Shown here in pieces: positions 59,021 to 64,000 of a DNA stretch of 64,000 nucleotides (positions within the stretch are counted from its first letter, which is position 1; every line of letters begins with the position of its first letter). The notes beneath the pieces were generated by a model. The model did not search any database and was not told where the DNA came from. It worked only from the letters and a program-made list of their open reading frames with translations. The DNA is from an uncultured Gammaproteobacteria bacterium (lineage in GTDB: Bacteria; Patescibacteriota; Patescibacteriia; SG8-24; DYFX01). The position numbers and the translations under genes are program-made. The stretch is from contig CAYNUS010000004.1 in assembly GCA_964400625.1 (NCBI GenBank), positions 26,164 through 90,163 of the forward strand, in the 5' to 3' direction.

Positions 59021-59473
59021 CTACGCGTCTTTCGCGTCGCGCAACCGCTCTTCCTTCTTATGGATCTTCTTCCTGTACAGGTAGATATCCTTGATGAGTT
59101 TCGCCAGGACCTTCATGTCGACGTCGGAAAGGCGCTTGACATAGAGGCACCCTCCGCCTCGTTTGTATTTCCCCAGTTTGGCCAGCAGTTTTGGATCCTC
59201 CATCTTCCAAGCCAGGATATAGAGGGCCAGATACTGCTTTCTCGGGGAAAAACCCACATGGAACCAGTCGCCCTCCTGCGCGCTCCTCTCGGATTTGTAG
59301 TGATACTTCCCGAAGCCCACGATGCTGGTGCCCCACATCACCGGCTTCTCGCCGGTGATCTTCCTGAACATCTCAAGCAAGACCGCGCTATCCACCCGCT
59401 TTTCCTCCGGTCGGATCGTCTTGAGGAACGCGGTGACGCTTCCCTTGGTCGCCTTGGTCTTTATGCCTGGCAT
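59021..59473 (-). CDS. DUF1801 domain protein (YdhG-like)
   Basis: 150 aa. GC is somewhat lower than the flanks. Confidence 0.6.
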   Translation of the reverse strand: MPGIKTKATKGSVTAFLKTIRPEEKRVDSAVLLEMFRKITGEKPVMWGTSIVGFGKYHYKSERSAQEGDWFHVGFSPRKQYLALYILAWKMEDPKLLAKLGKYKRGGGCLYVKRLSDVDMKVLAKLIKDIYLYRKKIHKKEERLRDAKDA

Positions 59474-59597
59474 ATGGCGGGGTGATGCGACCTCATCCTA
59501 ACAGATGACGCGGGCGCACGGAAAGCAAAACACACCACTTGCGTGATGTGTCTTGCTGGCTCCGAGGCTGGGATTCGAACCCAGGACCAATGGATTA

Positions 59598-60130
59598 CAG
59601 TGCTAGCGACTGGACTATGTCATCTCCCCTTTCGGGGGTCGGGCGCTTCCGCCGAAGCATGCGCTTCGGAGTACTCCCTTGCGGGATAGTCTCTACACCT
59701 TCGCCGCTTGCGCGGCGCTTGGCTCGGCGTTGGTCGGACGGACGTTCGCCGAATTCACCCGATGTTTTCACTTCCGGCCTCGCCGGAACGTGCTGCCTGA
59801 TGGACTTCCGCATGGCAATTCGCGCACAGCAGGGCGCACTTATCGAGCTCGGATCGGATCCTCGCCCATGAGCGCGTCGCGCCGTCCGCGGAAATGCTGA
59901 AATCCTTGTGTGCCGGTTCCCGGTGATGGAACGTGAGCGCGGATTCGCACTTGGCGTATCCGCAACGTTCGCATGCACCGCCCTTGTAGGCCAGCGCAAG
60001 CCGCTTGAGTTTCTTCCGTCGTCGATCGACGAAGTACTTCCCCTTGCAACCTGCGCCGCAGAACCGGCGCCCTGCGCCCACCGTCCGTACGCATGTCTTC
60101 CACGCGCATCGGACGCTGGTGCTAGCTTCG
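59598..60130 (-). mobile_element. group I intron inserted between anticodon positions 35 and 36
   Basis: The exon before the intron ends in U and the intron ends in G. The 3-prime region has GTAGAGACTA (R-like; rev-comp of 59687-59696) and ACATAGTCC (S-like; rev-comp of 59612-59617), whose GACUA/UAGUC pairing forms P7. GNRA-capped hairpins CCCGCAAGGG and CCCCCGAAAGGGG lie between them. It carries an ORF. Confidence 0.75.
59755..60081 (-). CDS. intron-encoded HNH homing endonuclease
   Basis: In-frame GTG start inside the intron (ORF 59755..60282 trimmed). HNH pattern CERCGY...FHHREP...(N-like)...CALLCANCHAEVH. The upstream part of the track ORF merely translates the tRNA exon. Confidence 0.6.
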   Translation of the reverse strand: MGAGRRFCGAGCKGKYFVDRRRKKLKRLALAYKGGACERCGYAKCESALTFHHREPAHKDFSISADGATRSWARIRSELDKCALLCANCHAEVHQAARSGEAGSENIG

Positions 60131-60282
60131 ACAGTCCACTGCTCTACCGCTGAGCTACCTCGGAACGTTCGCTTCTTTTTTACGGACGGGAACAGCATAC
60201 ACGATGGGTTCAAACCTATCAAGTCCCGTTCCCAGTCTCCTGAAAACCGCCCCCGGCACGCAAGACCCTCGGAATTCCGCAT

Positions 60283-60309
60283 GAAAAAAGCCCTCTTTTC
60301 GGGGGCTTA
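60283..60309 (-). terminator. Rho-independent terminator after clpP
   Basis: AGCCCCC-gaaaa-GAGGGCT followed by TTTTTT on the minus strand. Confidence 0.55.
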
Positions 60310-60888
60310 GGCCTTCTTGATCGGCGCCTTCACGATGACCTCGTCGACCAGGCCGTAGGCCTTGGCTTCCTCGGCGTCCATGAAGTTGTCGCGGTCGGTG
60401 TCGGCGGCGATCTTTTCGATCGTCTGGCCGGTGTGTTCCGCCATGAGGCGGTTCAGGCGCATCTTGGTGCGCTGGATGTGGGCGGCCTGGATCTGGATGT
60501 CGGTGGCCTGGCCGCGGGCGCCGCCGAGCGGCTGATGGATCATCACCTCCGCGTTCGGCAGGATCCTGCGCTTGCCCTTGGCGCCGCCGCAGAGCAGGAA
60601 GGCGCCCATCGAGGCCGCCATGCCCATGCAGATCGTCGAGACGTCCGCCTGGATGTACTGCATCGTGTCGTAGATCGCGAGGCCTGCCGTCACCAGTCCG
60701 CCGGGCGAGTTGATGTGCAGGTAGATGTCGGACTTGGCGTCCTCGTTCTCCAGGAAGAGCAGCTGGGCCACGATGACCGCGGCGGCGGTTTCCGTCACGG
60801 GCCCTTGCAGGAGGATGATGCGGTCCTTGAGGAGCCGGGAGAAGATGTCGTAGCCGCGTTCGCCGCGGTGCGTGGTCTCGATGACCAT
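60307..60888 (-). CDS. clpP: ATP-dependent Clp protease proteolytic subunit
   Basis: Ser/His/Asp triad context ([13 protein letters not shown]) and start [20 protein letters not shown]. Confidence 0.9.
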   Translation of the reverse strand: MVIETTHRGERGYDIFSRLLKDRIILLQGPVTETAAAVIVAQLLFLENEDAKSDIYLHINSPGGLVTAGLAIYDTMQYIQADVSTICMGMAASMGAFLLCGGAKGKRRILPNAEVMIHQPLGGARGQATDIQIQAAHIQRTKMRLNRLMAEHTGQTIEKIAADTDRDNFMDAEEAKAYGLVDEVIVKAPIKKA

Positions 60889-60984
60889 GGGAAGGAACAG
60901 GTGCGGGCGATCGTCATCATGCATTCGGTGCCTCCTTGTTCGGCGTCGTCCGACGCCTGAACATACGCCTCGAGGCGGCGCGCG

Positions 60985-61776
60985 TCAAGACGCCGGCGCG
61001 AGAAGTCCGCGCTCCTCGAGGAACGCGAGTACGGCGTCGGCCAATCCCCTCGCCGCTTTCGCCTGGTCGGAAACGATGATCCGGCGGTCGCGCGGATTCG
61101 TCAGGAATCCCGTCTCCAGGATGGCGGCCGGGGTCATCGGGTGGAGCGAATGCTCGTAGCGTCGCCAGTTGAAGGCGTAGTAGCCGCGCATGTTGCGGGT
61201 GACGTTCGGGTCGTACGGCAGGCCCGTAGCCTCCTCGTACTTCAGGTCGAGCAGCATCGCGAGCGACGACGCGCTGCCGGTCAGGTCACGCCTCGGGGCG
61301 GCGGCCTTGTAGCCGGAGACGGTCGTGTCGGGATTGCCGTCGGCGTGGATGGCGACGAAGGCGTCGGCGTAGTGGTCGGGCGGAATCGTGGTCGGCAGGA
61401 TCTCCACGACGATGCCGCGCGCCTCGAGCAGCGGCTTGGCTTTCCGCGCGATCTCCAGGTTCACTTCCCACTCGCGCTTGCCGCCGCCGCTCGTGCCGTT
61501 GGCGCGCAGGTTCTCGAGCTCGTCGGGCGCCTCGGCCGCCTTCCAATGCCCGGCCTGCAAGGCCACGCGCGGCGGTCCCTCGGGACGCTTCCAGTCGGCG
61601 AGCTCGCGGCGCATGCGTTCCTCGATCGAGAGGACCTGTTCTTCCGGCATTTCCTCCGGCGCGTCGAAACCGGCCTCCGTGTCGGAGACCGAGACCGTGT
61701 AGAGGCGCGCATGGCCGGCGAGACCGAGGCCCGCCAGGATGAACGCGCCGATGACGAGGAAGGAGATCCGGTTCAT
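60985..61776 (-). CDS. N-acetylmuramoyl-L-alanine amidase (Amidase_3 family)
   Basis: Signal/anchor, then AIHADG zinc-ligand motif and conserved Glu. Confidence 0.78.
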   Translation of the reverse strand: MNRISFLVIGAFILAGLGLAGHARLYTVSVSDTEAGFDAPEEMPEEQVLSIEERMRRELADWKRPEGPPRVALQAGHWKAAEAPDELENLRANGTSGGGKREWEVNLEIARKAKPLLEARGIVVEILPTTIPPDHYADAFVAIHADGNPDTTVSGYKAAAPRRDLTGSASSLAMLLDLKYEEATGLPYDPNVTRNMRGYYAFNWRRYEHSLHPMTPAAILETGFLTNPRDRRIIVSDQAKAARGLADAVLAFLEERGLLAPAS

Positions 61777-61849
61777 GTGCTGAGCCTACAGCCCTACGAC
61801 ACCGTCGCCAAGCCCTTTCTTTCGGCGTATACTGGCCGAAACCCTCCCT

Positions 61850-62836
61850 ATGCCCCAACGCACGCGGAAACCGCTCGCCGACCTCCACAACCACCTCGGC
61901 GCCTCCGTGCGGCCGTCCATCTTGTGGTCGATCGCGCACCGCCAAGGCATCAAGCTTCCCACCAAGAGCTATTGGGAGTTCGAGGCGATGATCACGATGC
62001 GCGGCCGCGAGCGCAACCGGAACCTCGACGAGATGCACGAGCGTTTCTTCCGCTGGACGGAACTCATCCAATCGTCGCCGGAAGCCATCGAGGAATCCGT
62101 GAAGGCCGTCATCGACGGCGCCTACCGCCGCGGCAACATCGTCCTGCACGAGCTGCGCTTCAACCCGATGAAGCGCAACCGCGGCGGCGAGCGCGATCTC
62201 GACAACATCATCATGTCGGCGGTCTGGGGCATGGACAAGGCGCTCCTCGAATATCCGCAGGTGAAGGCCGGCCTCATCCTCATCATGGACCGGGGCTTCC
62301 CGCCGGAGCAGAACATGATCCTCGTCGACAAGGCCATCAAGTACGCGGGGCGCGGCGTGGTCGGCATCGACCTGGCCGGACCGAACCACCGCGCGTTCTC
62401 GATGCGCAAGCACCTGCCGCACTTCCGCAAGGCCAAGGCCGCCGGTCTCGGCGTCACCGTCCACACCGGCGAGGAACGCCAGCTCGACGAGATGCGCTTC
62501 GTGGTCGACGAGGTCCGTCCGGATCGCATCGGGCATGGCGTGCAGTGCGTGCGCGACGACGCCCTCATGCGCCGCGTGGCCGCCTCCGGCATCACCCTCG
62601 AGATCTGCCCGACCTCGAACCTCAAGAACAGCGTCCTGCCGGACGTCCGCGCGCTCAAGGAGACGTTCGCGAAGCTGATCGCGCACGACGTCCCGTTCGT
62701 CCTCTGCACCGACGGCCCCGAGATGTACCAGACGCACCTCCATCAGGAGCAGGAATTCCTCGTCGAACGCGGCATCCTGACCGCCGCGCAGGTCGAAGCC
62801 GCGCGGAAACGCGCGTTCGAGGCCAGTTTCGTCTAG
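61850..62836 (+). CDS. adenosine/AMP deaminase family protein (second paralog)
   Basis: 328 aa with HNHL metal motif, VHTGE, and CPTSN. Confidence 0.8.
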   Translation: MPQRTRKPLADLHNHLGASVRPSILWSIAHRQGIKLPTKSYWEFEAMITMRGRERNRNLDEMHERFFRWTELIQSSPEAIEESVKAVIDGAYRRGNIVLHELRFNPMKRNRGGERDLDNIIMSAVWGMDKALLEYPQVKAGLILIMDRGFPPEQNMILVDKAIKYAGRGVVGIDLAGPNHRAFSMRKHLPHFRKAKAAGLGVTVHTGEERQLDEMRFVVDEVRPDRIGHGVQCVRDDALMRRVAASGITLEICPTSNLKNSVLPDVRALKETFAKLIAHDVPFVLCTDGPEMYQTHLHQEQEFLVERGILTAAQVEAARKRAFEASFV

Positions 62837-63417
62837 AGCAGGCCGTAGACGCCGGCCACGCCGTGCGCGAAGAGCGCGTTGAAGACGAGGTTGCCGCAGA
62901 GCACCGTCGCGAAGACGGCGCGGAAACGGTAGCCCATGAGCCCGAGCGGCAGGGTGACGATCTCGTTCGGCAGCGGCACGAACGCCGCGACGACCGCGAG
63001 GACGGCGAGCGGCGCCGCCGGCGAGCGCTCCCGAAGCTTCTCGAGCCGCCGCACCGCCTTCCCGGCCACGCCGTCGCGCGCGAAGGAACGCCCGGCGCTG
63101 CCGATCAGGAACGCGATGGAATCCGCGAGCGTGACCCCGAGCGACATCACGACGATCGTCATCCAGAGATCGAGGCCCGCCGCGAGGAACGTGGGGATGA
63201 AGGCGGCGGCCGGGACCGGCACCACCAGGTTGAAGCCGCTCACGATCGACGCCAGGAAGACGCCGAAATAGCCGAACGCGCGCACCAGTTCGGCGGCGTC
63301 CTCGTTGCCGTGGATGGAGCTTCCCAACGCGAAACCGGCGGCGATGAGGCCGAGGGCGGCGAACGCCTTCAGCCACGCCTTTTCATGTTCACGATGGCGG
63401 CCGTTTTCGAAACGCAT
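62833..63417 (-). CDS. DedA/VTT-domain membrane protein
   Basis: 194 aa with a SNARE-associated Golgi-like TM pattern. Confidence 0.7.
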   Translation of the reverse strand: MRFENGRHREHEKAWLKAFAALGLIAAGFALGSSIHGNEDAAELVRAFGYFGVFLASIVSGFNLVVPVPAAAFIPTFLAAGLDLWMTIVVMSLGVTLADSIAFLIGSAGRSFARDGVAGKAVRRLEKLRERSPAAPLAVLAVVAAFVPLPNEIVTLPLGLMGYRFRAVFATVLCGNLVFNALFAHGVAGVYGLL

Positions 63418-63465
63418 CGTGCGGATTGTACCATTCCACCCTAAAAACTGCTAAGATACGGGCAT

Positions 63466-64000
63466 ATGCGAAAATCCTCCTTGCTTGCGCTGGCCGCCTC
63501 GGGACTCGGCCTGCTCATGTCCGCCCTGCCCGCCGCCGCGGCCGCGGGCGACGTCGTCTCGATCGCGCTCCGCGACTTCAATCACGACGGGCGCATCGAC
63601 CGCGCCGTGGTCGCCGTGGCGAATCCTGCCGGGACCTGGAGCCTCCAGGACGCCGCCGGTTTCGCCGTCGCCTATGACGGCGCGCCGCTCGCGATCTCCA
63701 AGGTCCGGGTCGCCGCCCCGTCGGCCGATCCGGCTCTCGTCGAGATCGTCCTCGACCCGGCGAACCTGCCGCTCACGACCTCCGCCGCGCGGTTCGAGGT
63801 TTCCTACGCCGGCGCCGGCCTGACGCCCTTCGCCGCCGATGACGCCACGGAAGCCGTGACGGAACGTGACGAGGCCGGGCCCGTCCTGATCGCCTCGAAC
63901 CCTGCCGCGGGCTCGATCGACGTCTATCGCGGCGCGGACCTCATCCTCACCTTCAGCGAGGACGTCGACCCGGCCAGCCTCGTCCCCGCCTCCGCCCGCA
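63466..64000 (+). CDS. secreted protein, N-terminal part (runs off window end)
   Basis: ATG at 63466, then a signal peptide MRKSSLLALAASGLGLLMSALPAAAAAG and an open frame to the window end. Not in the ORF track. Confidence 0.5.
   Translation, partial: MRKSSLLALAASGLGLLMSALPAAAAAGDVVSIALRDFNHDGRIDRAVVAVANPAGTWSLQDAAGFAVAYDGAPLAISKVRVAAPSADPALVEIVLDPANLPLTTSAARFEVSYAGAGLTPFAADDATEAVTERDEAGPVLIASNPAAGSIDVYRGADLILTFSEDVDPASLVPASAR

Larger units (their letters stand above)
59557..60164 (-). tRNA. tRNA-Asn(GUU) interrupted by a 533-nt intron in the anticodon loop
   Basis: The 5-prime exon (60164->60131) reads TCCGAGGTAGCTCAGCGGTAGAGCAGTGGACTGT. The 3-prime exon (59597->59557) reads TAATCCATTGGTCCTGGGTTCGAATCCCAGCCTCGGAGCCA. 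Joined, they give a canonical cloverleaf with anticodon loop CUGUUAA, closely matching E. coli tRNA-Asn. The acceptor is 7 bp and CCA is encoded. Confidence 0.8.

Noticed and set aside
59557-59597. Isolated tRNA 3-prime half interpreted at first as an att-site remnant of an integrated element
   Set aside because: The matching 5-prime half lies 533 nt upstream on the same strand. The intervening sequence has group I intron hallmarks, so this is exon 2 of an intron-containing tRNA-Asn, not a duplicated attachment site.
59595-59999. 134-aa minus-strand ORF inside the intron in a different frame
   Set aside because: It is an Arg/Pro-rich alternate frame overlapping the HNH-motif frame. It has no motif support.

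Overview
This is a high-GC (about 68%) bacterial chromosomal segment with compact genes, mostly on the minus strand. I found no rRNA and no CRISPR array. Three observations stand out, and the first is the most notable. (a) A tRNA-Asn(GUU) gene (59557..60164, minus) is split in the anticodon loop by a 533-nt group I intron. The intron has recognisable P7 core elements and carries an HNH homing-endonuclease ORF. (b) Six copies of an 83-94 bp palindromic, MITE/REP-like element with conserved GTCATYCC...GGRATGAC ends sit in intergenic regions between 13.9 and 24.3 kb. (c) A secreted fusion protein (42411..44834) joins a lysyl-oxidase-like copper amine oxidase domain to a PQQ-dependent sugar dehydrogenase beta-propeller. 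It overlaps an alpha/beta hydrolase by 4 nt, suggesting co-transcription. Recognisable genes are listed below. F1F0 ATP synthase operon: atpZ-like, atpB, atpE, atpF, atpH, atpA, atpG, atpD, atpC. Translation and tRNA maturation: tatD, metG, rsmI, thiI, cca. Oxidative-stress and repair: lexA with a candidate operator, Fe/Mn SOD, two peroxiredoxins, an MGMT-like domain, msrA, recQ. Nucleotide and cofactor metabolism: two adenosine deaminase paralogs, nrdB-nrdA (class I RNR), pnuC-nadR, hom, pterin-4a-carbinolamine dehydratase, iscA/erpA. Proteolysis and envelope: pepA, clpP, M23 peptidase, MurNAc-LAA amidase, an L,D-transpeptidase-like protein. Transport: an ABC-F protein, an ABC-2 exporter pair, a Ca/Na antiporter. 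A cluster of small DUF-type genes (56.1-59.5 kb) lies next to the intron-containing tRNA. Other oddities: five genes inserted between metG and tatD, a low-GC Cys-rich small gene downstream of pepA, a protein with a tandem-duplicated CxxC zinc ribbon and an H1-like tail, and an orphan promoter-terminator unit at 25.5-25.8 kb. Coordinates of starts are approximate where noted. Lineage cannot be assigned from sequence alone.
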